64,000 nucleotides of DNA from Bacteroidota bacterium. GTDB taxonomy: Bacteria > Bacteroidota > Ignavibacteria > Kryptoniales > JAKASW01. The DNA is taken from the NCBI GenBank assembly GCA_021811615.1, contig JAJZNW010000077.1:6145-70144 (forward strand). Reading direction: 5' to 3'. The position numbers and the translations under genes were made by a program. The notes under the pieces were generated by a model. The model worked only from the letters and a program-made list of their open reading frames with translations, made no database searches and was not told where the DNA came from. Each line of letters starts with the position of its first letter. Position 1 is the stretch's first letter. Below, piece after piece: positions 1-9,800 of the stretch.

Positions 1-1171
1 TCACGTGATTGCCGATCTTCAGCTCGTACGGCTTGTCTTTAATGAAACCGCCTTCGCCGCGTGTGTTGATCAGCCGGACGGTAATGGAATTTTTTCCCGG
101 CTTCAGTATGCCGGCGGCGACGTCGTATCTTCTCGGAGGATACTGGTAAGTGATCGCTCCGACAGGGACGCCGTTCACGTAATCGTAGTCGGCATTGACG
201 ATCCTGCCCATGAGCAGCTTCGCGCGTTTCCCCGCGAGCGAGGGAGGAACATTGAAACTTCTCCTGAACCAGATAACGCCGTGTGTCTGCTTCAGCGGCG
301 TCACATCATAGAAATTAGGAACTTCCATCGTCGGCCATGACGAGTCGTTGTACGAAGGCGAGTACCAGGGTACATCGGCGCGGAGCCCTTTGTCCTCACG
401 GTTGATTTTACCGTACCATGCGGCATCGGTCGTGTAGTTGTAATTGGATACGCTGTCCCTGTAGCTCGCCTGCTTGTAATCGTCGGCCACCTGCCGCGCT
501 GCGGGAAATTCCTTGAGAGACGCGGCACTCAGCCACGCTTGTATCGGCGTTCCGCCGACGGCCGCCTCGATCAGGCCTATCGGCACATGGTGTTTCGCGT
601 AAATGTTGGTCGCAAAGAAGAGCGAGGCCGCGCTGAAGTTCAGAATAGTCCACGGGTTTTCGGGAAGCCATTGTCCGTACTGAAGGTCTTTCTGAGGAGC
701 ATCGAAGTTATAAACGTCCGGGACCATGAACATTCTTATGTCGTCGTTGTAAGCATGCGCGATGAATTCCCTGTACATGGGCTTCACTCTTTCCATGGGA
801 ATTACCATGTTTGACTGACCGGAGCAAAGCCAAACGTCGCCTATCATGATATCCTTCAGGACGACATGATTGCCGGGAATCCCGCTCGAGGGACTAGCGT
901 CTATCTCCATGCTGTACGGTCCGCCGGCATTCATCGGCGAAAGCATGACGGCCCAGTCGCCGTCCTGCTTCGTCGTAGTATTGTAAGTCTTTCCAAGAAA
1001 TCTTATGGTTACCTCTTGACCCGGTTTTGCCCATCCCCATAGCCGTACGCGGGTGTTTCTCTGAAGTACCATGCCGTCGCTGACGAGTTTCGGGAGTCTC
1101 ACTTGGGCGAAAGCTGTCAGCGATGTAGTTAAAAGAAACAGACTAACCGAATAAAGGAATATTTTCTTCAT
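1..1171 (-). CDS. Sialate O-acetylesterase (SASA) family carbohydrate esterase, 3' end runs off the window
   Basis: Not in the ORF track. Hand translation from ATG 1171 (GAGGA upstream) gives MKKIFLYSVSLFLLTTSLTAFAQVRLPKLVSDGMVLQR...LWGWA...GGPY...IGDVWLCSGQSNM, a signal peptide followed by the SASA-family GQSNM motif. Confidence 0.9.
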   Translation of the reverse strand, partial: MKKIFLYSVSLFLLTTSLTAFAQVRLPKLVSDGMVLQRNTRVRLWGWAKPGQEVTIRFLGKTYNTTTKQDGDWAVMLSPMNAGGPYSMEIDASPSSGIPGNHVVLKDIMIGDVWLCSGQSNMVIPMERVKPMYREFIAHAYNDDIRMFMVPDVYNFDAPQKDLQYGQWLPENPWTILNFSAASLFFATNIYAKHHVPIGLIEAAVGGTPIQAWLSAASLKEFPAARQVADDYKQASYRDSVSNYNYTTDAAWYGKINREDKGLRADVPWYSPSYNDSSWPTMEVPNFYDVTPLKQTHGVIWFRRSFNVPPSLAGKRAKLLMGRIVNADYDYVNGVPVGAITYQYPPRRYDVAAGILKPGKNSITVRLINTRGEGGFIKDKPYELKIGNHV

Positions 1172-1201
1172 TGTATGTCCTCTTGCTGGAGAAACCTCGA
1201 G

Positions 1202-1230
1202 ACCTTGCGAAGGTCCAACCTTCGCAAGGT
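1202..1230. repeat. Perfect 13-bp inverted repeat (REP-like hairpin)
   Basis: ACCTTGCGAAGGT-cca-ACCTTCGCAAGGT, intergenic, with no U-tract. Confidence 0.8.
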
Positions 1231-1268
1231 TACCCCGCTTGCCTGGGTCGCTTCGCGTTCCAGGTTTC

Positions 1269-2978
1269 TCAGTGATATGTATATAGTCTTACCTTCTGAA
1301 TACTAAACTCGTTTCCGGGGAGGAAAAATTGTCTTCCCTGGTTTGTCTGGTCGCCGTTCAGGGCGAGATCGGTCACCCATTTCCCGTTCACGAACTTTCC
1401 GAGATAATCATATCCGATTCCCGCGCGGGCATTCACATCGTCCTTCGGCCGGAAAGTGACGAGCATGCCGGTCCCGGCGATTATGAATTCGTCTGGAGAA
1501 AGCTCGATTATCAATCCCCCGACTCTCGGAGTCGGACCCGGTTCATGTTGCCAATACCTCCAGGCATATTCATGCTGGAACCTGAACACATAATTGCCGA
1601 GTGTGATATTGGATTCCTGGTCGGCGCTGTCGAACAGGACGCCTCTCATCGTTCCCATTCCCTGGTTCTTCAGGATCAGCGGCGTGAGGTCCTGCAGGAC
1701 TTTGTAACCCTGCTCTATCTGGTTGTGTGCGGGATCGGGGACACTCTCGATCGAGAAGGGGCTGAATCCCATGACATTATCTTCTGCGATCGCATAGTAA
1801 GCGTTCGCGATCCCCTGTGTGTTCTGGACTTCAGGAATGAAGAAATGGTTGTCAGGTGTATAGAACTTGTCCACCCACTCTTTGAATGTCGGGAAGTAGA
1901 TATCCGGCGCAAGGAAGTTTATGTCCGGCGCGGCGGCTTTCCAGATGTTCATCAGGTGCGGGAGCGGACCGCCGCTCGGGTACATCCCGGGTTTATATCC
2001 CGGTCTGATCAGCGCACAATTGACGTACATCGGGAGCGTGTATTCGCGCTTGCCTGCTTCAGCGACGTAGTTCGCATATCTCGCGTAGTACCATGCAGTG
2101 AAAAACTCGTCCGTAGCCAAGCCTTCTCCGAAAACCTGGATCCATGTTCCAGACGTCCTGTACCCGGAACTCGCCCAATGCTCCTTGAGAGCCGGCGTCA
2201 GGGAGTCCTTGTGTTTCTCGAGATAATCCATCAATGCGGAAGGAACGTTCGCGTTAAACGCTTTTTCAGCCTCGGGGGAATAATCGCGCGCCTGCGGTAT
2301 CATGCCCATCTCGTTTTCGACTTGTACCAGGATCACCGTATGCTGATTACCGTCCACTTCCTTTATATGCTTCATGAGCGCGGCAAAAGCCTGCGCATCC
2401 GCATCGCGATTATTCCTGCTGAAAGCCGTCAGTATATCCAGGGGCTTTCCGTCGCTTGTCCTTGCGCGGGGAAAGCGCTTCTCGTCTGTCTTCACCCAGA
2501 GCGGAACATAACACGACATGCTGTTCTTCCATGTCCCGAACCAAAGGAAGACGATCTTGAGATGGTGAGCCCGCGCAGCATGGATCACGCTGTCGATCGT
2601 CGAGAAGTCGAAATGTCCCTCTTCCGGTTCGATAAGTTCCCAGTATGCCGGCACGACGAGCGCGTTCATGTGCATTTCGTCGAAGTTCTTCCAATAAGGA
2701 TCCAGATAAGACGGGACGGAGGCGGATGAATTTCCGGTCTCACCCGCGAGAATGAGCATAGGCTTGCCGTCAACGATCAATTGGGTTGCATCTCCATGTT
2801 TGACAAGATGGGGGATGCCCGTATCGCTCGTCTGAGCCTCGACGCGCATTACTGCGAACAAAGCAGTAAACAGAAATACGAAGAGTGAAATCGTTTGTCC
2901 ATGCATCACTGAAATGCGCTGCGAATCAGAAAGGACATTCGCCGGTCCGCCTGCAAATTCAGATTTTGCCATTTTCAT
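1269..2978 (-). CDS. GH35-like beta-galactosidase with C-terminal DUF5597-type domain, secreted
   Basis: LIVDGKPMLILAGE, WELIEPEEGHFDF, LWFGTWKN, VQVENE, YPSGGP, APDIY and LNGDQT motifs. A signal peptide ends in VEAQ. The true start may be somewhat downstream. Confidence 0.8.
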   Translation of the reverse strand: MKMAKSEFAGGPANVLSDSQRISVMHGQTISLFVFLFTALFAVMRVEAQTSDTGIPHLVKHGDATQLIVDGKPMLILAGETGNSSASVPSYLDPYWKNFDEMHMNALVVPAYWELIEPEEGHFDFSTIDSVIHAARAHHLKIVFLWFGTWKNSMSCYVPLWVKTDEKRFPRARTSDGKPLDILTAFSRNNRDADAQAFAALMKHIKEVDGNQHTVILVQVENEMGMIPQARDYSPEAEKAFNANVPSALMDYLEKHKDSLTPALKEHWASSGYRTSGTWIQVFGEGLATDEFFTAWYYARYANYVAEAGKREYTLPMYVNCALIRPGYKPGMYPSGGPLPHLMNIWKAAAPDINFLAPDIYFPTFKEWVDKFYTPDNHFFIPEVQNTQGIANAYYAIAEDNVMGFSPFSIESVPDPAHNQIEQGYKVLQDLTPLILKNQGMGTMRGVLFDSADQESNITLGNYVFRFQHEYAWRYWQHEPGPTPRVGGLIIELSPDEFIIAGTGMLVTFRPKDDVNARAGIGYDYLGKFVNGKWVTDLALNGDQTNQGRQFFLPGNEFSIQKVRLYTYH

Positions 2979-3058
2979 TTATACTCAACCTTATGCTTTC
3001 GCAACTTCATACCGGAAGGTGAGAGGACAAGACGAAGCTGCCACACCGGGTCTGTATA

Positions 3059-4714
3059 TCACCGACCCGGTCCCTTTGCGTCGAAATACCTTGCCGCAAA
3101 TTTCAGAAAGTACGGCCAGTTCGGTACGACGGTATGTGCTCCATGATGCTGACGGAACGCAAGAGTACCCTTCATAAGAGGGGTTCCCATCGGCGGCATA
3201 GTATCTGTGCCGAGTCCCTTCCTGCCCAAAAACTCGTAGACAGGACTCGCGGCCGCTTCGGCCATGAACTGTCCGCGGTCGTCGACCCACCGACCTTCCA
3301 CGAGCGGAGATCCGCAGCTGACGAAAACGGGCCGAGGCGCGCAGAGTGCGAAGAGATCGTTAGAATCGACCGTCAGTCTGTCGGGATGCAGAACGTATTT
3401 CAGAAGATTGCCTGCGAACCAGTGGTATTCGCCTGATGAGCATATGTTTCCCATGTCCTCGCCGTAGTTCCGGCGGAAGAGCGCGGCCCCGCCCTTGCCG
3501 GATGACCCGACGAGTACGATAGCGAATCTCTGATCGTACGCCATCGTGACGAGGACGGCCTTGCCGTATCGCGAGAGGCCTTCCAGTCCTACTTTCTTTG
3601 CGTCGATGGCCTTGTCGGTTTGAAAATAGTTCAGGCATTGACTGGCGCCCCAGGACCAGGCGCGCAGTGCGCCCCACTGGTCTGGCTTGCGGAGTTTGCC
3701 TTTGTTCATCAGGCCGATAATACCTTCGTCCAGACCTGCGCCGTTGTCGGGCTGAACGCTCGTGGGATCGTAGACCGCGGCGCCCCAACCTCTTTCGAGA
3801 ACCTGCTCCTGCCAGCTCGGCCCTTTGGGCACGGGCATCCCCGGAAAATGAAAGCCGGGAGGGAAGTCGAAGCTGAAGGCCAGTATCACCGGAACCGGAC
3901 GAGTGATTTTCGCGGGAAGTGTCAAAGTCAAACTGATGTTCACATTTATCTTCGGGTCGATGGAATTATCGACGTGACCGACGAGCCGCCGCGTGACTGC
4001 GTCCACCTTGCCGATCAAAGTATCTCTCTTACTGATAACCTCCCAGTGTACCGGCGGCGTATGCTTCGGTGCCCAGCCGTAAATTTCGTCGTTGAACTCT
4101 CTGATTATCTGCGGTCTTCGTACCTTCCACCACATCGCGGCGTTCTTTACCGGCTTGCCGTCGTTCATTACGAGCGGGTTGGGAAGTTTCGGGTAAGGGT
4201 TCGCTTTGGCCTCGTCGTAGTTGTTCCATGTTCCCCATGCCGAGCGGGTATAAAGATCTCCTCTCTTCTTACCATACCAGTTGCTCGAGCCCTTTTTCTG
4301 GTATGTATCTTTCGGCCTGTTGGGATCATTCGCAGCGGGCGGGAGCTTCGGCAGCCTGATGTGAAGAATGTCGATCATCCTCGTCCAGTTCTGGTAAGAC
4401 TCTTTGTCGATCTTCGCGAAGTACGCGGCACGCTCCTTCGGCGACATCTCGAAGATGTTCTGGGAACGGGCCGGGATTGCCACGACGCATGTCAGGAAAA
4501 AGACCAGGAACAGAGCGGTTCTTCGCACCGGAAGGCCGGTGAGTCTATATCCCTCGCGGCTTGAACATGGCACATCAAATTCTTTTGTCTCTGTGTTACT
4601 CTGTGCCTTCTCAGTGTCTCTCCGTGTGATTGCTCTTCTCTTACACAGAGTGCCACGGAGAATCACGGAGTTCCACAGAGAGAACATTGTCTTCTCATCA
4701 GATTTATGCATCAT
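3059..4714 (-). CDS. CE15-like (glucuronoyl/acetylxylan) esterase, alpha/beta hydrolase
   Basis: Nucleophile motif GLSRYGK, with WGALRAW, SSGKGGA and ALCAPRP. Signal peptide ends in IPARSQ. The ATG at 4714 overlaps the upstream stop (ATGA). Confidence 0.8.
   Translation of the reverse strand: MMHKSDEKTMFSLWNSVILRGTLCKRRAITRRDTEKAQSNTETKEFDVPCSSREGYRLTGLPVRRTALFLVFFLTCVVAIPARSQNIFEMSPKERAAYFAKIDKESYQNWTRMIDILHIRLPKLPPAANDPNRPKDTYQKKGSSNWYGKKRGDLYTRSAWGTWNNYDEAKANPYPKLPNPLVMNDGKPVKNAAMWWKVRRPQIIREFNDEIYGWAPKHTPPVHWEVISKRDTLIGKVDAVTRRLVGHVDNSIDPKINVNISLTLTLPAKITRPVPVILAFSFDFPPGFHFPGMPVPKGPSWQEQVLERGWGAAVYDPTSVQPDNGAGLDEGIIGLMNKGKLRKPDQWGALRAWSWGASQCLNYFQTDKAIDAKKVGLEGLSRYGKAVLVTMAYDQRFAIVLVGSSGKGGAALFRRNYGEDMGNICSSGEYHWFAGNLLKYVLHPDRLTVDSNDLFALCAPRPVFVSCGSPLVEGRWVDDRGQFMAEAAASPVYEFLGRKGLGTDTMPPMGTPLMKGTLAFRQHHGAHTVVPNWPYFLKFAARYFDAKGPGR
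4589..4680. repeat. Inverted pair of ~10-mer arrays (CTCTGTG.. / ..CACRGAG) forming a long imperfect hairpin
   Basis: ctctgtgttactctgtgccttctcagtgtctctccgtgtg, then a short spacer, then tacacagagtgccacggagaatcacggagttccacagag. Confidence 0.75.
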
Positions 4715-6687
4715 TTGTCCTCACGTTCTTTGGCATTGAATACAAACGACTCCATTCTAAAAAGCTGTCCGGTATCTTTTCCGACAAATCTCAGATATAC
4801 ATCGTGGACTCCGCTCACCGCGCGAACCGGAGCCGTAAATGTCTCGTATTTGTTCCACCCGCCGGTCGGACGAATCCTGCACTCGCCGATTTCTTTCCCG
4901 GTGCCGATCGCGTCGAGCCACACCTGGACGGTTCCGCCCGCTCCGCCGCTCGCGGCAGTGACACTCATTGAAACAGGGACCTTCGGATAATCCTTCCCGC
5001 CGAACTCCACTCCCGCGTACATTGCCCACGAATCGTTCCCGATACTATCGAGGGGACACACTTTATGACTGTCGATGTTGTGCCATGTTCCATATTGATT
5101 TGCCGGGCACTCGGCTATTATCGGCGTATAGGCATCGCGGTAAATATAAAGATCGAAGTATGCCGGACTCCCTTCTATGTAGAGGCCCTGCCTGTTTCCT
5201 GTCCAGGCGTTGTAGTCCGGCTGCTGAACATCCATGCTCGCGACATTGACCGTATCGCCGATCTCTTTCCAGTCAGAACCGTTTGCGCTGTAGTAGCCGC
5301 TTATGTTATGGTTGACGCGGACGAGTCTCAGCCAGAGCGTATCGCCGATGGCGTTGGGGACACTATACCTTGTCTTGTCGAATGAGAACACGATGACTTT
5401 TTGCCCGTTGTCATAAGAGCTGTAGACTTTCGCAGCGAGAGTGCGCAGTCCTGTCATGACCCTGAGGCCGGCTTCATCTTTGGAGGACTTCGGGTCCGAA
5501 TCGACGCGGGTGATCAGCGAGTAGTTGTGCTCGGCGTCGCTTTGCACGATCGTGTTTTCCTGGTCGACAGGTTTAAGATACAGCCATCCCGGCCGCTTCG
5601 TCAGTGAATAAGGCAGCTGCGGGCAATATCCGAGAAGCTGCCAGGCGGGACTGAGTGTGTTGGAATTGAAGAAGTCCGCCTTCGGCACCATCCACGGTAT
5701 GCCGCTGCTCGGAAGATCGGGTGCTGCGAGAGGCTCATTCACCGGGAACTGTGCCACCGGTTTGCCTTCGGCATTGTAGGTGACCTGACTCAGGAGGCCC
5801 TGCCGTCCCTGACCCTGCCACTGTGGAGTGGAGTAAGCCGGAGTGAGGATCCACCAGGTGCCGTTTGGACCAGGAACGACCGCCGACGAATGATTCGGCG
5901 AAGGGAAAGACGACTCTGCCCTGACTGCCGAATCGCCGTTGAAGAAATCCCCGAGGTTCTGCCAGGCGCTGGAGTCGGAGGTGAGCGTGCGGCTTCGGAA
6001 AATTCTCTGTCCCGCGTAAACGTTTATCGCGAAGCAGTAATAATAATAACCGTCATGTTTCCACATCACGGGTCCTTCGGCCCAGGAGAACGGGTGATCG
6101 GGCGCGGGATTCAGCCAGCACAGATTGTAGATCGCGCCAGCGGGCTGACCATCCGCTCCCAATTCGAGTATCCAGTTGTTCGACTGCCCGTTCTTGACGA
6201 GGAGATACCATTTCTGGCCGTCGATGAATATCGAGTTGTCCATGCCGAGTCCCGGCACGCTCTTCGGACAATTCATCTCGACGGGTTCGGTCCACGGCCC
6301 TTCAGGTCTCTGAGCGGTGACGAAATACATCTTCGAACGGTTTCCGAAGAAATCCCAATATTTGTTTTCATGATAAACCACATCGCCGCCCCAGCATCCG
6401 TCAGTCGGAGTTCCCTCGAAACCTTTCCATGAGTTCGAGACCGGGTGACATATCGGTTCCCAGTGAACGAGGTCTGTCGAACGATAGATTGTCGGAGAAG
6501 TGCTGAACGACGAGCCTGTGGTATAATAATATTTGCCGACCTTCGAAAGAGTGCAGTCGGGATGATCGCCGGGGAAAACCGGATTGGTATAAGTCCGGTC
6601 CGAAGGATTTTCCTGAAGCGACGGCGATCGTCCGAACGCTGACGCAGATAGAAATAGAATAGAGCCGAGAAGCACGACGATTCTCAT
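4711..6687 (-). CDS. GH43 beta-xylosidase/arabinofuranosidase with GH43_C and C-terminal CBM6-like module
   Basis: YTNPVFPGDHPD, STDLVHW, DNSIFID and WAEGP motifs. C-terminal TGGWNKY...GVHDVYLRF is CBM6-like. Signal peptide present. Confidence 0.88.
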   Translation of the reverse strand: MRIVVLLGSILFLSASAFGRSPSLQENPSDRTYTNPVFPGDHPDCTLSKVGKYYYTTGSSFSTSPTIYRSTDLVHWEPICHPVSNSWKGFEGTPTDGCWGGDVVYHENKYWDFFGNRSKMYFVTAQRPEGPWTEPVEMNCPKSVPGLGMDNSIFIDGQKWYLLVKNGQSNNWILELGADGQPAGAIYNLCWLNPAPDHPFSWAEGPVMWKHDGYYYYCFAINVYAGQRIFRSRTLTSDSSAWQNLGDFFNGDSAVRAESSFPSPNHSSAVVPGPNGTWWILTPAYSTPQWQGQGRQGLLSQVTYNAEGKPVAQFPVNEPLAAPDLPSSGIPWMVPKADFFNSNTLSPAWQLLGYCPQLPYSLTKRPGWLYLKPVDQENTIVQSDAEHNYSLITRVDSDPKSSKDEAGLRVMTGLRTLAAKVYSSYDNGQKVIVFSFDKTRYSVPNAIGDTLWLRLVRVNHNISGYYSANGSDWKEIGDTVNVASMDVQQPDYNAWTGNRQGLYIEGSPAYFDLYIYRDAYTPIIAECPANQYGTWHNIDSHKVCPLDSIGNDSWAMYAGVEFGGKDYPKVPVSMSVTAASGGAGGTVQVWLDAIGTGKEIGECRIRPTGGWNKYETFTAPVRAVSGVHDVYLRFVGKDTGQLFRMESFVFNAKEREDK

Positions 6688-6825
6688 TGGCTTTCCTTTC
6701 CTGAAGTGACATTGAAGAAACGGAGGCGAGGTTCAAACGGAGCCCTCTGTCCGTCTCTCTTACTGTAAATTCGGCTCCCGTTTCCGTAATTGCAAAAGGA
6801 ATCGGGTGCTGAGCGTATGAAAATC

Positions 6826-6858
6826 ACATTCTCGTTTTCCGTGTTCCATTCTCCCTTT
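6826..6858 (-). repeat. Heptamer tandem repeat (GAGAATG/GAACACG/GAAAACG) just 3' of the GH115 stop
   Basis: Minus strand reads gagaatg gaacacg gaaaacg agaatg, the same type as the array at 10079-10156. Confidence 0.6.
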
Positions 6859-6882
6859 TAGCAGGACAGGACAATTGTGCCA

Positions 6883-9800
6883 TCATCTTTCGTTCATCAC
6901 GTCCCTGTGAAAACTCTCCGGCGGACCGAGGTAACTCTTTCTCATATTGACGAACCGCATGAAAGGTCTCTTGCCGTCGGCAGGCTTTGGCTGCGGATGA
7001 GGCTGCGGTCCGCATTTCACGACGATCTTTTCCAGCACGAGACCGGGATTGACCATCCATATCTTGAGAGTATGATAACCCGGCTTCGCCACCTTGAGTG
7101 AGGTATCGCTGTAACGGGCGTTGTCCATAGCCGACAGGGCCCAGTTGAAGTTGAACCCCCAGCTGTTGTAATTCTTCGGAACGAGTGTTACGATCTTCGG
7201 CGGCTGGTTATCGAACGCGACGGCATACTTAAGTCCGTGTGCCGGATTGAAATTGAGGGAAGGACCGAAAATCCCTTCCACATCCACCTTGCCCGAATCG
7301 AACAGATACATCCTGTATTCGAGACAGGGAGCGTTCTTGCCGGGGACTGCGGCCGGGTAGTCGACCGGCGACGTCGCTCTCATTCCGGACAGCGTGCGCC
7401 CGTAGTCCTGGACATTGATCCAGCGGTTCTTCCCCTGGCCGGTAAGCGCGGTGTAGTGCGCCGCTTCGATCGACACGAAACCATCTCCCTCGACAAAACC
7501 CTTGACATCGTTTCTCTTCGGATACGACGGATCGCTCACTTTAGCAAAAACGGTGACCCTATTCTGAGTACCGTTTTGACTGATGTAGATCGGCACCGTG
7601 TGTGTCCCCGCCGGCGCTTTCTTCCAGTCGACGGTTACATAGACACGACGCTGTCCGGTCACTTCACCATTTTCGGGAGAGATTCTCACATAGGGCTCGC
7701 CGGATCTTATCGTGTAGTCGTACGGCAACTTTCCGCGATTGAATACGTCGATGTGACAAGTCTGCCTGTCATAGGGATCGAACTGTGGAAGCACCGGTGT
7801 GGCTTGCGGCTTCGAGTTTCCACTATCCACTCCAGGCCAGGCGTCGCTCGATCCCTGGATCGCTATTCCCATCAGAGCCGAGTCCGGCGGGTTCACCTCC
7901 TCGAGGTGAATTGCGCTCAGGCTGTTCTCACGAGGCTGGTTCCAGCTCGTGTAGCCGAGCACCGGCTGGTCCATGAAGCCGTGCCACTCGCCGTGAGCCA
8001 GTGTGTCGTTGAAATAATTGATCAGACTCATTTCCTTATCGAACAGCCGGTGAGTTCTCGATGCCATGTCGTCGGCCGTCGCGCGGCCCTGTTTCGCATA
8101 GAGTTCGTTACGCCCAGCCGCATAGTAAAGATCGTTCAGTATGCAGCTCGCTTTTGTCGGGAAGAGTACCGTCTCGTAAAATGCGTCCCTTTCGTCCGCA
8201 GGAAGTTCTGCATAGATCTTCTCGGCCTCCTTCGTCAGAGCTTTGTAATCCCCGACCACGTTCTCAGCTTCGTTGTAATTGACGATGCTGTAGGTTGTGG
8301 GACTAAGGAGTTCCGGCTTTTTTCGTGCGTTGTACTTGCTGTAGGTCATCAGTATATGTGCAATCTCGTTCTCATACTTAGGACCAAACTGCTGGCGCGC
8401 CCACAGACGTGCGAACTCGACTATATTGCTGTTCGTCCACCTCTTTACGTCCCAGGCAAGGTTCATGAAGTACGAGATCGGGAGCGAGTAACCTTTCAGA
8501 TGGCCGACATTTACTATCCAGATCCTGTTCGCGCCGTACTCGTTTGCGAGAGTCATCTGATCCCATATCTTCGGAAGCGCGTTTGTGTTGATCCATTCGT
8601 AGCACCTGGGTCCGCCGTGAAAATCGAAGTGATAATAGATGCCCGCCCCGCCGCTCCATTTTCTCTCAGCCGGTGTCGGAAGCCTTCGCAGGTCTCCATA
8701 GTTGTCGTCCGGCCAGAGTATCGTCACATAACCCGGTACTCGGAACCCGGCGTTGAAATAGCTCAACACTTCGGAGTATGGGCACCATAACTGCCGGATC
8801 CTGGCGGGATCGGCGTTCATCTCGTCGGCAAGTATTTTTTCCTGCACCCTGACGATCTTTCCGAGGAGGGTCGTGTCCTGTTTGAGAGTTCCTCCGGGAA
8901 TCATCGGCGTATCGTTCTCACCGCGAAGTCCGATCGTCACTATCTCGCGGTAGTTTTTGTTCCGCTCTATCCCGGCTTTCCAGAAGTTTATCAGCGTATC
9001 GGGGTATTTGGCAAAATTCCAACTACCGAGAGTCTTCATGTACCGCCTGTCCCACTCCTTCTGTGCCCGCATCATGGGTTCCTGGTGAGACGTTCCCATG
9101 TAAATGCCGTACTTGTTTGCCAGGACAGGGTTAAGAGAATCGTCCTCGTTGAAGGCGTTGTTCCACATAGCGGGCCACAGGTAGTTCGCCTTCAACCGGA
9201 GCAGGAGGTCGAAGACATGCTCGTAGAATTTGTGGCCGTAGTTCGCGACTCCCGGCGGTATCGGAGGATTCTCGCCCGGCTTGACGTATCCATACCTGTG
9301 TATTACCCAGTTCGTCAGATCGGGAGCCTCGTCGTTCAGGAATATTCCCCGAAATTTCACTGTGGGCGGACCTTCCTCGAAAGTTCCAGGCTTCACATAC
9401 AGAGCGGCGTGATGCTGAGGCGGAACGTTATCCCACCAGTACCACGGCGAAACGCCGATCTTCTCGGACACATCATATATACCGTAGATCGTGCCGAGCA
9501 TGTCGCTTCCGACAATGACAAGCGCCCTATCGACTCCGGGGAAAGGCCGGTTGACAACTTCTATTATGAACGATTCCCATTTCCCATCGATCTGACGAAC
9601 GTTTATCTTCCTCTCTTTTATCAGTTCGTCAATCAGGCTGCTCTTCCCAATCGTCCCCGCAACGACAATCTCCTTCACCTTCGGCGGGTTCCCCGTAAAC
9701 AACTGCGGCTCAGAACCTGTCACCTTCGTAATATCCGACTGTAGATCCTTCAGGGCGTGCTTGACTCCCCAGTGGTCGTTTGCGCTGACACATAGAGGCG

